DNA of 64,000 nucleotides. Source: Chrysomallon squamiferum (taxonomy: Eukaryota; Animalia; Mollusca). The stretch spans positions 17,794,001 through 17,858,000 of the forward strand of contig CM022670.1 of assembly GCA_012295275.1 (NCBI GenBank), in the 5' to 3' direction. Below are positions 25,217-39,400 of this stretch, in pieces. A program made the translations under genes and the position numbers. The stretch's first letter is position 1. Each line of letters begins with the position of its first letter. The notes under the pieces are model-generated. The model was not told the origin of the DNA and made no database searches. It saw only the letters and a program-made list of their open reading frames with translations.

Positions 25217-25819
25217 AAGGTCAGTGCTAAAGAACATCACTTGTTATCTGTGTATTACGTAGTCTATAATTTATTGTCATATTATCGTCTCAATATCTAT
25301 GCGTTAATAGCACTTCATCATTTAAAATAAAAATCAGCAATAATTATTTATCTCTTTGGCATCTCAAGATTTTACCCTACCGTCCTAGAATACAGAAATA
25401 AAGCTACACACTTATCAGTATTTAAAGACAAAAACTTATTGCAACAATTCTCTTTAAAAAAAAAAATTTCGATCTTTTTTGTTGATATGTCTACTTGAGT
25501 TCAAACAGACATTTCAAAAGGCAGAAACATCCTAAATGTGTCACTATATTTATGTCAGTTTGGCGATGTTAACAGTCTCTCTTCTAGCTTTAAACTTGTT
25601 CATTCTGAACCTGCAGTGATGGTCTGATCTTTCTGAACATTGCAGACTTAAATCAGATCATCAGCCAACTTATAAAGAAGACCTGTTTTGATAGATGGTA
25701 TGAACTGAAATATATCATTCTTAATTGAATCCATGTTTTTGTAGTTTTCCATTACAGCTGCTTTGACTCACAAAACGACGTAGTTCTTTTCATTGTCTTA
25801 ACGTCATCGCAGACTGAAT
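25217..25819 (+). repeat. Dispersed ~0.6-kb repeat, copy 2 (direct orientation to 6964-7565)
   Basis: Same conserved blocks as copy 1, with scattered substitutions and small indels. Lies ~300 bp past the GPCR stop codon. Confidence 0.9.
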
Positions 25820-26111
25820 GCATCAAAATATCAATAGCACTAGTATAGCTTCATATAAACGTGTATGCGTTAACACCATTAGAATTCGTTTTATTTTCTG
25901 CTAAAAAAAACAGATGATCACTTCTGAAACTACTGAAACTGTTCTCTCTGTCTCTCTGATACACGTCTTAAGGAGATATTTCAACAGGTCTTGTTCCAAA
26001 ATGTTTTAAATAGCTTTCCGCTGATTTTTTCTTTTTCTTTTTTCTTTTCTTTTTGGTTTTGTTTTTTCTTTAGGTTTTTTAGATGAAGTTTAATTCTGAA
26101 ATGTTTTGACG

Positions 26112-26295
26112 TTATCCTCTGAGATTCATTTTCTCCGACGGTGTGGTCCTAGTGCTCGCCTTCACCTGTGACCGACAACTACTGCTGTACGTCGTCTGAA
26201 ATGAATATAATGTCATACATGTAACAGTTGCGAGACCCAATCGTTTTTGGAAAATCGGTTTCAACCATTGGTTTATATAGGTATAGAAATTATTA

Positions 26296-26336
<41 letters not shown>

Positions 26337-28396
26337 GTTTGATGTATTAGTTTTCTTGTTTTAAGCTGAATATTCAATATTAACAAACATGATAAATTTA
26401 AAATCTTAATTGTATAATGTAATTTTAGCAATTCCTGTAAATTTCGGATGAATTTACTATTAATTGTATTTATTTATTAATTTATTTATTTCATACTAAC
26501 ACTTTAAAATGGCGACATTCTCTACTTACCCTGGTTTGACCTCGTAACTTTTTACACTGACATTTTATAATTCTCGCGACGCAAACTTTGAAACCTTTGT
26601 GCATAAAACAGTACAGAATAGGATTCTGGGCGCAGTTTGTGTGTCCTAGCAACAAGACAAACGGGTACAGCGTAATGAGATCACGTGACATCTGCCCGTC
26701 AAAGTCCATGCAAATTAAGAAGATGTAATACGGAAGCCAGCACGCGGCAAACAACAGAGAAATGATCGTCATGATGAGAGCCAATCGGCGCCTTCCTAAC
26801 AAAACTTTGTTTTCGTTGTTCATGCACGAGTTCTGCCTCTGAAGGCTTTCGTCACGCCTCCACAGCTTGCAGCCCATGTGCGCGTACAGGAACGTGATGA
26901 GGAATCCTGGGAGAACGTAGATGAACACCAAAAGGAATATGTCGTAAATTTGCCGGTCTCGAAAACGTAACCATTTTTCGGTGCAATACTCTAACCGCAG
27001 ACCTTGAATGCCGGCTATGTTGTTATGCACCTCGAGCTGGCGTACAATGGCTATAGGCAACATGACGCCGGCAGCCAAAAGCCAGGTGAAACCAATCAGA
27101 ATTTTCACTTTGCCAACAGTAAATATCCGTCGATTTATCATGGGGTGGCGAATGGCGAAATATCTGTCCACACTCATACACACAATGGTCAAGACGCTGG
27201 CGCCTATGTAGATACCTAGAGAAATGAGAAAATTTTATATTATTAATACTATTTTATTTTATTTATTTATTTTATTTTTTGTTGTTGTTGAGAAAACTGC
27301 ATGGAACATATTTAAAATAAATAAATACATTAATTAATTAAATAAATATCGGTATTGACGAATCAAACGTATACTTTGTCGTATCGATGCTTTCCATTCT
27401 TTCCATTATTTACTAACACTAAAATATATTTGAATTTTCGATTATCCTTCTTTAACTAAAGCATTTCATTATTAGCATCAAGTTACTTAACTAGGTGTTA
27501 CATATTTAGCTGTTTCTGTTTAATAATAAAGTCGGATGCATTTATCACAGATATATACTCTTCCAGCCTTAAATTTCTTGTGACAGTGACAAAGGTATGG
27601 CCTATGTTGTGTATACCTCAACAATTCTGTATCAGGAGTGTGGTTAAAAAGTTCACCCGTTTAGATTGCTCGTATCTTTAGCGGCAAAGGATCACTCATA
27701 TGAGCTTTGTCATAAACTGGAAAGCACATACGAAACTATTTGAAAAATCTGATTTGCAGTTTAGTTGGAACGGTAAAACCTTAAATGGACGTATTTTCTG
27801 ATACCAGCCAAAACCAGTTAATATTGTTTTCATCTTTTTTCTTCTATTTTCTATTTCATTATTATATTTTTAATAGTTGTTTTTTCTTTCTTCTTTTTAA
27901 TTAACTGTCTTACTTCAGATAATAAATATCAATTTTGTATTTGAAAATGTGCGACCTATGAACTTCATCCATTTATCAACTATCAATATCAATCATGCCA
28001 TTAATTCAAAGTAATAGCGTCAATATTTATTACTTACCGAACAAAAAACACTCAACTAAAAATCACACCATTAATAACTCAGATAGATTTCGGCTAAATT
28101 TAAGGTAATTTAGGGTCTCATCAAATAGTTTCGCATCATTAAATTTTCTTTTATGGCGTTATTGAGTTTTTTTCGGCTTAAACCAATGGAACGCCTGGGA
28201 ATTCACTTTAAAACTGTTGTAATGGTAACGATTGTCTTATTGAATTTCATGGTCGTTTGAATGGGTTTTATAACGTAACGGGGGACGTTTAAAATAATAC
28301 CTTGTAGATAGCCGCTGAGTTTGCAGAGAACTTCTCCAAACAACCACACCTGATACACTATCTCAGCCACAGTCATAGGGATACAGCAAACAGCAA
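26112..28396 (-). CDS. Rhodopsin-family peptide GPCR (orexin/allatotropin, SIFamide/NPFF, QRFP, CCK-type superfamily); 5'-partial, last 3 coding exons
   Basis: Exon 28301-28396 (AVCCIPMTVAEIVYQVWLFGEVLCKLSGYLQ, phases 1/1). Exon 26530-27215 (GIYIGASVLTIVCMSVDRYFAIRHP..YCTEKW..FAACWLPYY..LLGHTNCAQNPILYCFM). Exon 26112-26195 (TTYSSSCRSQ..NLRG*). DRY, WxFGxxxC, CWxP and NPxxY motifs are all present. The TM1-TM2 exon was not found in the window. Confidence 0.92.
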
Positions 28397-29099
28397 CTGA
28401 AATAATATTTAATAGTTATACTTTAAAACTAAATACACAATGATGATGATAATGATAGCAGCAGTAGTAATAGCAGATATGATGATGATAAAACAGTATT
28501 AACAAAATGATAACAATAATAACAACAGGAATTATAGTAGTAGTAGTAATAATAATAATAATATAAATAATAATAATGCGTTTTTGTATCTCTGGAAAAT
28601 GACATAAAAAATTATCATTTGCTGTTATTCAATACTGCTACATCTACTACTACTGCTACAGCTACTACTGCTGCTGTTGTCGCTGCTTCTGCAGTATTAC
28701 TGATATTATTACCACTGCTGTTACTACTACTACTACGTACTACAGCTCCTACTAAAACTATTTCTACTACTACTATGAATAATAATAATAATGCTGACAA
28801 TGATGATGATGATGACGACGATGTTGATGATTATGTTAATGACAGCAGAAAGATCAGTAGTATGATCTTTATTTTAAAAGTTTAACCAAAGTGTAATAAC
28901 AAAACTGTAAGTTCCATCGACGCCAAATGCCCCACCATTTGTTTTGATTTTTCAAGAAAAACACAGATGAGTCGACTAAAAATAATTTATTTAGAATTTA
29001 ATAAACAATAATACCAAAGCCAGAACAAAAGCGAATTGATTACCAAACCAAAACTTGAGAAAATACCGCTGTATTCAAGGAAACAATATTTAAAAAGAG

Positions 29100-29134
<35 letters not shown>

Positions 29135-29145
29135 AATAAATAATT

Positions 29146-29194
<49 letters not shown>

Positions 29195-31552
29195 CAAAAA
29201 AACCACAAAACTAACAAAAAGCGAATATTCAATTCAAACAACAACCAAACCAAAATTTTTTTATCATTCATATCAGTAAGAAATAAAAAATAAAATAAAA
29301 TAAACAGCAAAGGAAAATTATTAAATAAAACAACAAAACAAAAATCAAAAACAAAAACAAAACTACAGCGAATGCCGTTCATTATACAAAAGTTAGAGCA
29401 ATAACAACAAAACTAAAATGTAAATGAGCATCATTTAATAATAAAAGAAATATTCAGCAAAGAGAATATGAAAATAAATAAATAAATAAAAAATTGTAAA
29501 ACAATAAAAGTCTACAGAAGAGCCAAAATTACAATAGGTTGATTGATTATTTTTGAAAACAATAAAAAATATTCTTTATTATCTTTTTTTATATGTTAGA
29601 AATATTGGATTTTAAGGCAATTAACGGGGTAAAAAAAAAAGAAGATAGATGATTTTAAAAGCCAGATCGATACTAAATAAATTTGACCTTCTAATTCAAA
29701 AACAAGAAAAACATCTTTTTTGTTGATGTGTATTTGAAGCCTATTGATGAATGATGATGGTTTGTATGATGATAACAATTATAACGAAGAAGCAAAAAGA
29801 ATAAATATAGCTGTAAACATCACCTTAATTATGAAAATAAATCATAATCCTAATTGTTTAAAATTTGTGAAATAATATATCTGAGAGTATTCCGACATGA
29901 TAGTCAAAACTATACATAAAAATCAGAAAAATCATTTTGGTGTATATGAATGAGCCTTCTTCTTTGCCCAGACTTCACAAACTAAGTCTCTTACTGTCAC
30001 GTAATTTCCGCTGAAATCATGTAAACGTATGATTAACATCAGGACGAGAGATTGCTCCAGACATTATTTTAGTCAGCGGAGCTGTCAGACAGGCAAATAG
30101 ATAAATGAACACTGAGTTAGAGGCTTCATTTAGACGAACGTTCCAGCTTGTCAAGCAAAATATAATTTAACAAATTAAGTCTCTGCTTTGACAATTGTGT
30201 GTGGGTTGGCAAGTTTATTGACATTTTTAAAAAGCTCTTATTGACATTTGTAAATGCTTATAAACCCAATTATCGGCCATGTGCAAACAAAATGGTCTCA
30301 GGGCTTTCACGCTTTCTCCTACCAATGACAGTTGGTGTAATTTTTTCTCCTTCTCTGCGTCTTCCCAGTTTTGTTAACAACACAGTACAGATTCCATGTA
30401 AGTAAAGGTCGCTGTAATTAGAACCCCGTGGCTGGGCTGTTTTTAGAAAACTGAAAACTGAATGAAAGGTTACACAGTGCTGTGAATTTGATCAGCACTG
30501 TGAATGAATGCACCCATTCCAGAAATAACCATTTTTGATTAATAATTTTTTTTTTTATTTTAAATGCTTGGTGCATTTGACAATCATAATTTTGTTTCGG
30601 TTGTAATAATGTCTTCAGATAATTTTAGATGTCTGTAAATGTATATAGTAACTCGTGTCCATTCATTTCTTATCAATGAAAATGTTATCTACATGCATTG
30701 TATAAGCATTCAAACACATGCCTACGTATAAGATGACGCACGCAGTCATATATATATTATATATATGTATAAAACCACACTCACCATACAAACATACATA
30801 CATATACACTCATACATACATACGCACGTACATATACACACAAGCACACATATATAGACATATTCAAACGCTTACATCGTACATACACACATGCATACAC
30901 ACATACTCACGCACACACACATACATACATACATACACATATACACATACATGCATACTCATATATATACACATACATACATACGTACACATATATATAT
31001 ATACACATACATACATACGTACACACATACATCACAGAAGACTAATATGATAAAACATCGCTACACTACTCAGTCTTCCCCACTTCTCTCACTGATAAAC
31101 TCTCCCGTTTTTCTGCTTAATGGTTCTATATCTCGACTAATGATTAGCACCATGAGAAAATAAATCTCTAGCTCAATTTATTTAGCTTCTGGTGTTGTAT
31201 TAAATCCCTTTTCTAATTCTCCAAATCACATTCACGTAGTCTCGTTTGTAAATATGCGTTACGGAAGCATCTCCCAATTCAGAGAGCAATTTCTGTCGCT
31301 CTGGAGAGCGATCAGTCAAACCTGGTTGCCACACGCCACTACTTCAGCTAAATAATTACTTTTAAAAAAAAGAACAACATAAAAAGTAATAATCATAATA
31401 ATAATAATATAGCCACTAATAATGATATATTAAAAAAAAAATAAGAAGAAATGAAAAAAATAACTGACTGATGGTGAAAGTGAGTTATTCCGTGCATATT
31501 CGCAATTTATACGGATGTTTTTATTTTTATATTTTTATATTTGTTTAGTTTA

Positions 31553-31663
31553 TTTATTTTGAAACTCGGTTTATAAAACTGAGGCAAAATAACAACAACA
31601 ATATTTATATTTTTATTTTAAAACTCCGTTTATAAAACTGAGGCAAAATAACAACAACAATAT
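31553..31663. repeat. Tandem duplication, 59-bp period, 2 copies
   Basis: AAACTC(G/C)GTTTATAAAACTGAGGCAAAATAACAACAACAATAT starts at 31562 and 31621. Confidence 0.9.
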
Positions 31664-32309
31664 ATATAAATTTAAAATCATATACTGCATATTTATAGCC
31701 TTAAGCCCTTAAGGCTATAGTACTGAAGCTTATTTCGCTTAAAGGTGGAAATGTTGTTTACTTTCTTTCTTTTTTTCTCATGATTCGTTTTACATTTTTG
31801 TTATTCTTCTAATGTGAGATTATTTTAGTTTTTAAGGTTACGGGCAAAAGCACGCAACAGAATAGAGAAATCTAAGATTCTGAGAGCTGAAGGGACGTGA
31901 TCAAGTTAACAAAAAGATGACAGAACAGAATGAGTATCTCTTCATCTGTTTTCTAGGCCAGTCAATAGTTCCATGATTGTATTTCGAATCGTTCATACTG
32001 AACATTGTCGGAAAATCACAGTAACCTGATTTGTGATTGGCACATCATCATCAAACTGATTGCGTCAATTGTGTTACGCTTTGATAAACGCTGTCATTAC
32101 ACTGATCTTAGCTCCTGGGTTTAGGCGATTTGTTATAGGTCATTTTCTCCAAAACGTGCCCAAGTACCAGTGGAGTACAAACTGTCGAGTTAATAAAGGG
32201 TTTAACATGGGAGTGAATGAATGAATGCTAATAACATTTTACATTTTAATTTTAACATTCGTGAGTTGTTCTTTGTTTTCGGGGCTGGTTATTATTATCA
32301 TCATCGTCC

Positions 32310-32350
<41 letters not shown>

Positions 32351-34658
32351 TTTTTTATTATTATTATTATGATTATTATTTTAAAATAATGATGGTATAG
32401 AAAAGAAACCCGTTTCTTTAATGCCATCAACTACTATAAGCATGAATTTAAAATGCGTGAACCATCTCACGGAAAGAACAACATATATTACAATCTTTGA
32501 TAATCGAATCGCAGAACAATGGCTGGAATGGGGAAAAGCTAATTAGTAACAGCATAATAATTCCTTTTATCTATTGTAAAATAGCTTTAAATAACTTAAA
32601 TAAGATTTAATAGTAAGAGATGGCCTCACGATAAACTTTTCAGCTAAAAAAAAAGATGATTTGCCATTGAATTCCTTGCTCGATCATTTGCTTTTCCTTG
32701 AAGAAGCAACCAATTTTTTTTTTCATAATGTTTTTTTTATTTTTTTTATTTTAATATTTTTTTTTTTTTTTTTATTTTTTTGAAGAAAGGTTCCGGACTA
32801 TAGTTATGTAGGTGTATATTAAAAAAAAAGTTATAAAATAAAATGTTTCAAAATAACTAATCTGAGAATTTGTATCGTTCTCCAGTGGAAAAACTTCAGT
32901 ATAATAATTTTTTTTTTTTTTTTAAATTATTCGATAATGTCATCATATCGAATCATCTTAGGTTCAAATAGATTGAAAACATTTTTAAATACAAATATAA
33001 ATACTTTTCATCAAGTCAGAATCGAATATAATATTTATATATTCAAAGTAAATGTATGTAAATACAAATAATCTTCAGATATAACGAACAAAAATGGTTT
33101 ACCGTTGATTTCGTTTGAAGCATACATTTCATAATGTTATTGGTAAAACATCATATATTACCTCTTATACCATCATATACAATCAGAAAACATACAACAT
33201 CAAACATTATCACAATTTATTATATAATGGTTAGGCATTTGAAAATCTAATAAATGTACACCAGACAAGAAATCAATTATCTGAATTACGCAATACAAGC
33301 AATAAATCTTATCCTCATTTGTTTACATTTATATTCCAGGAAATGAACAAAATTATTTGGTATTTTTATTTATTTGGTATTTTGCAAGAATTTGTAACTA
33401 AATTCTCATTTAATTTAGATTTATGTTTTGTTTGTTTGCCCACAGTATTATCAAATTCAAATGACCGTGTATGTAATTGTATATATATATATATGCATAT
33501 ACACATACAACATTTAAATTAAAACTTGATATTTTAATGACATTAGTTAGACAATAAATAGTGACGTATTTGAACTCACGTCGATGTTGTTTAATATAAG
33601 GCTCTACAGTTTTCACACAAATATTCATCTGTAATTGGAAATGGAACTGGAATCGAATCAACAAAATAACTTCACATTCTGTATTCAGTTTGCGTAAACA
33701 ATGATATAATTACATACAGTGTTCAATTGTACATAGTGATATAATTATGTATACAGTTTATACTAATATAATACATAGTACAAAAGTAGTCAGTTTTCGT
33801 AAACAGTGATATAATTATATGCACAGTGTATATAAATGGTTCATGTATCATGAAACAAAAACACAAGATGTATAAAATTGTTGTAGGGATCCATTAACTT
33901 TTCTGCTTCTTCTTTTTTATATGTAAATCAACATTTTTTTTGAGATCCACTTTCTCCTCCTCTCTCCCTCGCCTTCATTCCCTTTCATTCAACAGTATTT
34001 CGTTATTAGATAACTGTTTGTTTTCTTCGTAGTTTTTAAATGTATTATCTTTTTATTAGTATTTTCCAAAGTATCAGTAATTCCGTCTGTATAGATGTGT
34101 ATGTATTTGTGTGTTTGGTATGCTATAGTGTGGTGTAAAGATACTGAAAGAAAAATGGATACGTCGCAAGACAGAATCAGAAAAACAAAATAATAAAAGA
34201 CTCCACAGAAAACGAAGCGAATAAGTGTATATTGTATGTGTGTGTGTGTGTGTGTGTGTATGTGTGTGCGTGTGTGTGTGTGCGTGGGTGTGTTCTTTCA
34301 TTAACAATTATGTGAAAATGAATAGAAAATATCACTAAGAATGATTCCACAATAACGCAGTTCTGTTGTATAAAGCGGGTCCTCGCGTTACGTCGGAGAT
34401 CCATTCCTACGGAACGACGTAAGGCGATTTACGATGCAAGTCGGAAATACGTTAGACTAAGTCATTTACCTAACCTAAAAGAATTAGGCCATAGGAGAAT
34501 GAAAGAAAAAATATGATTATAATACAGAAAAATGACAAAAATAAAATATAAAAAAACAAAAAAAAACAACAACACAAACACAAAAGTGAGAGACAGGATG
34601 CAAATAAAGCGCGCGGTACCCCAAAAGCGTATGCTGGGTCCTAAAAAACGCTCACAAA

Positions 34659-34779
34659 CAAGGGTGACCTCGGAGTTTCGATTTTACGTCGCGCTGCTTC
34701 AAGTCGAAATTTATTTTTTTAATTATTTATGGGATTACCACTGTAAAAATCGAAACGACTCGTCGAGGACCACCCTCTG
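34659..34779. mobile_element. Small foldback / MITE-like element (Tc1/mariner-type ends, degenerate)
   Basis: Left arm CAAGGGTGACCTCGGAGTTTCGATTTTAC versus the reverse complement of the right arm CAGAGGGTGGTCCTCGACGAGTCGTTTCGATTTTTAC. The right end is followed by TA. Confidence 0.5.
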
Positions 34780-35543
34780 TACGTGTATATACAGAATCCC
34801 TTTTCCCTAATCATGTGCTGGTATATCTTCGAGAAGAAGAACACGAAGAAGAAATAAAAAGAAGAGGAAGAAGACGATCATAATGAGGACATGAAAGAGT
34901 AAGAACAAATTATTTTCTCCAACGTTTGTAATCTTAATGGGCAAGCCACTGAAGCAACTTCGAAGATTAACCGAAAAAATCATGAAACGCTTTGTTGATA
35001 ATTATTGATAAATTTTACGACATGCGCATGGCGCTTCTGAGGACACACGAAATAACGGTATGGGCATCAACGCAATCGTTTAATGAAGAAGCGCAGGATA
35101 CTGTTATCAGTGGCGCATCTTGATTGCTTGTGCACCTTATGGCCAAATGATTGGCGTTGCTTTCCGCAGTTCGACACGGCCATGCGGGTTCGGGCGAGGT
35201 CGCGTGAAGTTCAGGGCATAGCAAGTCATAAAAGATATCTTTTTTATGACGTGCTTTGGCTTTTCGCGAAACTAAATATTAAACGATGCCTCTAACGACA
35301 TGCACCGGCGATGATTATCGGGCATGTTTGCGGCACTTGGCCATCTTTACAAAATCCCGTGTATTAGTTTTGATTACTCGATTAGCTTGTTTTCACTCAG
35401 GTGTTTTCGCCGGCTGCATTAAGTTTTGTCTTTGTTTGGTAAACTTACAATTTGCCTTTACCAGCACTGCTTCGTACAGGTGCCAGACATTTATCCGACT
35501 TAAACAGAATCGGAACCATGAGATAGTCTGCTGACGAAAATGC

Positions 35544-36040
35544 ATAGTGAACTGTAAAGACAGTGAACTAACTGTAAAGACGGTGAATTGTAAAGTCATG
35601 GTGAATTTTAGAGACATAAAGAAAGTGAACTATAAAGACATAGCTGTAAAGACTAAATGATCTGTAAAGATAGAGTGAACAGTAAAGACATGGTGGATTA
35701 TAAAATCATGGTGAACTGTGAAGAAAGTGCACTATGAAGACACTGAATCATAAACACACACTGAGCTGTAAAGACAGAGTGAACTGTAAAGAACTAACTG
35801 TAAAGACGGTGAATTGTAAAGTCATGATGAATTTTAGAAACATAGTAAATAGTAAAGACATGATAAACTGTAAAGACAAAGTGAACTGTAAACACATTGT
35901 GAACTACAAAAACATGAAGAACTGTAAAGACATACTGAACTATGAAGACATGGTGAACTGTAAAGATATAATGAATTGCAAAGATAGTGAACTGTCAAGA
36001 CACGGTGAATTGTAAAGACATAGTGAATTGTAAATGAATA
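35544..36040. repeat. Degenerate 18-bp minisatellite (consensus GTGAACTGTAAAGACATA), more than 20 units
   Basis: Repeated TGAA(C/T)TGTAAAGAC cores at ~18-bp spacing. An internal higher-order block GAACTAACTGTAAAGACGGTGAATTGTAAAGTCATG occurs at 35565 and 35791. Confidence 0.9.
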
Positions 36041-36361
36041 GTTGACAGTTTTATTTTGTAAAATATAATATGCAGAAAACTAACGCAGAGAAGAGAAGAA
36101 AAGAATAGAAAGAAAAAAGAAAAAGACCTAAAAAACAAAAAACAACAACAAAAAACCCACAAAGAGTATGAAACACCAAGACACTGAAATAGAAAGGTAG
36201 AGATAGATAAAAAGTTAGATAAATATATACACATAGACAGGCAGACTGACTGACTGATTAACTGATTGCTAGATGTATAGATAAATGGATGGATGGACCA
36301 ATAGATAATATATTGGATGATAGAATGAATGAATTAATAATAGACCAGAAAGAGAGAGATG

Positions 36362-36463
<102 letters not shown>

Positions 36464-39400
36464 CTTCTTATACTCTAACAAGTATAAACTCAGACTATTG
36501 GATGTAATGGAATATTAAGGACACATTTATCTGCAAGTCAAATATATTACGAATATACAATGACTGTCTTGTCTTTCTTCAACATCTGACTTACAACTCT
36601 GCATCCTTCTGTATCAAGCAGAGGTTATAATCTAGCTTTGAAAGGGGTGATTACAGAATTGGGGAGGATTAACTTTTCAGACGAAGGATAAAGCGACTAC
36701 ATTTAGTCTTTAATGTGGGTTAATTACAAACGTGTACTGGAAACATTTCGTTACAAAGACCCTCTTAACACATTTTGAGTCTTCCTGTTTTCGCGTGAGC
36801 CATATTCATGACTGTTTTCTTAAAGCGTTGGGACTCATTACTAAAAAAAGAAAAAGAAAATCAATGCTGCATCTGAAGCCTGCTAACAAACCAACAGTCT
36901 CTAGATCTGAAAATGAAACATAATTCACATTTTTGATGTTTGAAAAGTTGTAAAGCTACTCGTCGGACGCTTTTTGCTTTTTGGATCATATTTCTTTAAA
37001 CTGCGAAAGACAAACAAACTAACTATCGAAATGACAAACATCTTTAAGTTACATTGAAAATGTTTGGCTATTTTCTGAATATTACCTACTACTTGAAGTG
37101 CTCTTTAAAAGCGCGTGGAACAAAATTTTAGTTCACCAGCATCCATTACCGGGCGTTGGCCTAAATTAATCCATTTCCGTTGACCGTTACGAATTCGTGT
37201 TAAAATCACGCTATTGTCTGGGAGGAAAACCGGAGCACGCCACAGACCTCAAAATTATGCTCCGATGGACTGGAATGTGGGCTAACGCAGTTTGTACAAT
37301 TAACGCCTAAAAGTAACTAATTTGTTAGCATAATCTTATTTAAAACGGTCAAAGTTTTAAAAGAAAGTTGTAGCATGAGTATATGTATTACCATGGACGT
37401 TGTGTGGTTGGGACGAGGATAGGCATGTTATTCACTGATATTTTTGAGATGAAAAATAAGTAATTAATAAAACAGTTACAATTATATAAAACATTGGGGA
37501 AAACCATTCAGATTTATGTCTGGTATTGTACTGATCAATAGTTAATGATTTTCAGGGCAATTTTAATACCTCTGATATATATGCATTTAAATAAACTTTG
37601 AAGAAAAAGTAGAAAAGGTGTCAAAAATAAAAGAAAGAAAAAGAAAAAGAAAGAGAAAAATATAATAAATGTAAAAATAGAAAACGGTTAACACGGTTAT
37701 AACATTTTCTGACCCTGCATACCAAGTCTGTGAGCGTTGTAAAAATAATAATAATAATAATACAGTATTTAACTTTGGGGTGATTACGCACATTAAATAA
37801 GACCGGAATACAAGTATTCATAAACAAACACATACCAGACAAACATTCAGGAATAAAAAGTCAGCCAAGAGGAATTTTTCCTGTTTTATTCAGTGCACTA
37901 GTTTGCTTTCGTTTCTGCCTGGTTTGTTGAGGCTACGGGGAAATCTTAATGGAGATCTTGCAGCAAAATGTCAAAGTTTAGTGTAAAATTGTCTCGATAA
38001 TGGTATCGTAGACGGATGACATTGTCGGAATAATGAGATTGAACTGGGACTTTTACACGAAAATAAAGGTTTTTACTGCACTAAATAACTCCAGCTAGCA
38101 CATTAGAGGCAACAAGAATAATTCTTAGTGCACTTTTTCCTTCGATGTGTTGCACAAAAAGTATAAATTAGCCGCAAAGTCTTTGACCCTTTAAATTGAT
38201 ATATATGGGATCACCTCTCGCTATCATTATAAGAGGAGCTGTAAAATCTCTTCTTTTTCATTTTTTTTTTTACTCTAATTAATTCTATAACATACTAACA
38301 CAACAACATTACTCCAAACGTGTATAATCCATAATCCTATGCTACATGTCCGAGATTTACAAATATAAGCATGTTTTATGTGTTTGACTAACAATAATGT
38401 GTAAGAAATAGTGATCTGGTAAAAGAAGTAAGAACAGCAATATTTCTTTTATTAACAAAAACTGTTGTTACCTAAATGCTGTTTTAGAAGTATACAGTTT
38501 CTCACTTGTAGACCATGCAGCAGATAAAGGTGGTAGGTGAGATGTAAGAACCAAACCTCTGTCTCGATATGTACTGGTTGTGCTGAACATGATGTTTTTA
38601 CAGTGGAGGTGACCTAATATTTCAAATTAGAATTCAAGTACGCTATTCTTGGACGTAACGCAAGTTCATTTTAGAAAAAAACGATTCATCTTTTACCTTT
38701 ACCGACAACAAACATATCTACAGGTTTCGTTTAAGAAGCAGAGATATGTCACAGCCTAAAATGGATCTTCTCTGGTTTAAAGCTATTCGCAACATGTTGA
38801 GCGATCTGTCACTGAGGTACTTTCGCAAATCACAGGAGAATCGTTTCCTAGAGTTAGCAGTTTCTGCACATGTTGTTTGTGTCTTTTTTACATCTTGAAC
38901 ATGTTTCTTACATACAGGAGGAATGTGTTTAGTGGAAAGAAAATAGTAATGAATGATTTAAACATAAGTGACACATTTTTGCAGAGAAACGAAAGCACGC
39001 AGCTTATAATCAAATCGGAAAGTGCTTTATTTTTTAACATACCATGTTAGATTATTTTTCTTAAAGGTTCCCTTTTATCAGTGGATCTACCTCAGTGTCT
39101 CTTTCATTAGGTCAGCCTTTCTTTTTCTCTCCAAAATTTATCTTTCTACTCATCTATTAGTTCATCTATATTTCTCTCACTGCCTGTTTTTTTCTTACAT
39201 ACATTCTCAACATCCATCACTATGTGTGTCAATACATCAGTAAATATTTGACAAACTCTCTTTCCCTTTCTTTCTTATTCGTTCTTTTGTTGATTTTTTG
39301 TGGTTCTCTCTGTGACATTATCAATCAGCATTTCGCCTTCATGTTTTCTTAATCTCTATGTCAGTCCATTTCTCTGTTTGTTTTTATATCAATAACTATA

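Noticed and set aside
30369-30397. Possible + strand micro-exon (polypyrimidine-CAG ... GTAAGT)
   Set aside because: 29 nt with no partner exons or host gene on that strand; likely chance.
35544-36040. CRISPR-like array or repeat-protein gene
   Set aside because: Units are contiguous and degenerate with no unique spacers, the context is eukaryotic and there are no cas genes. The open frame is explained by the 18-bp period and is interrupted by stops elsewhere.
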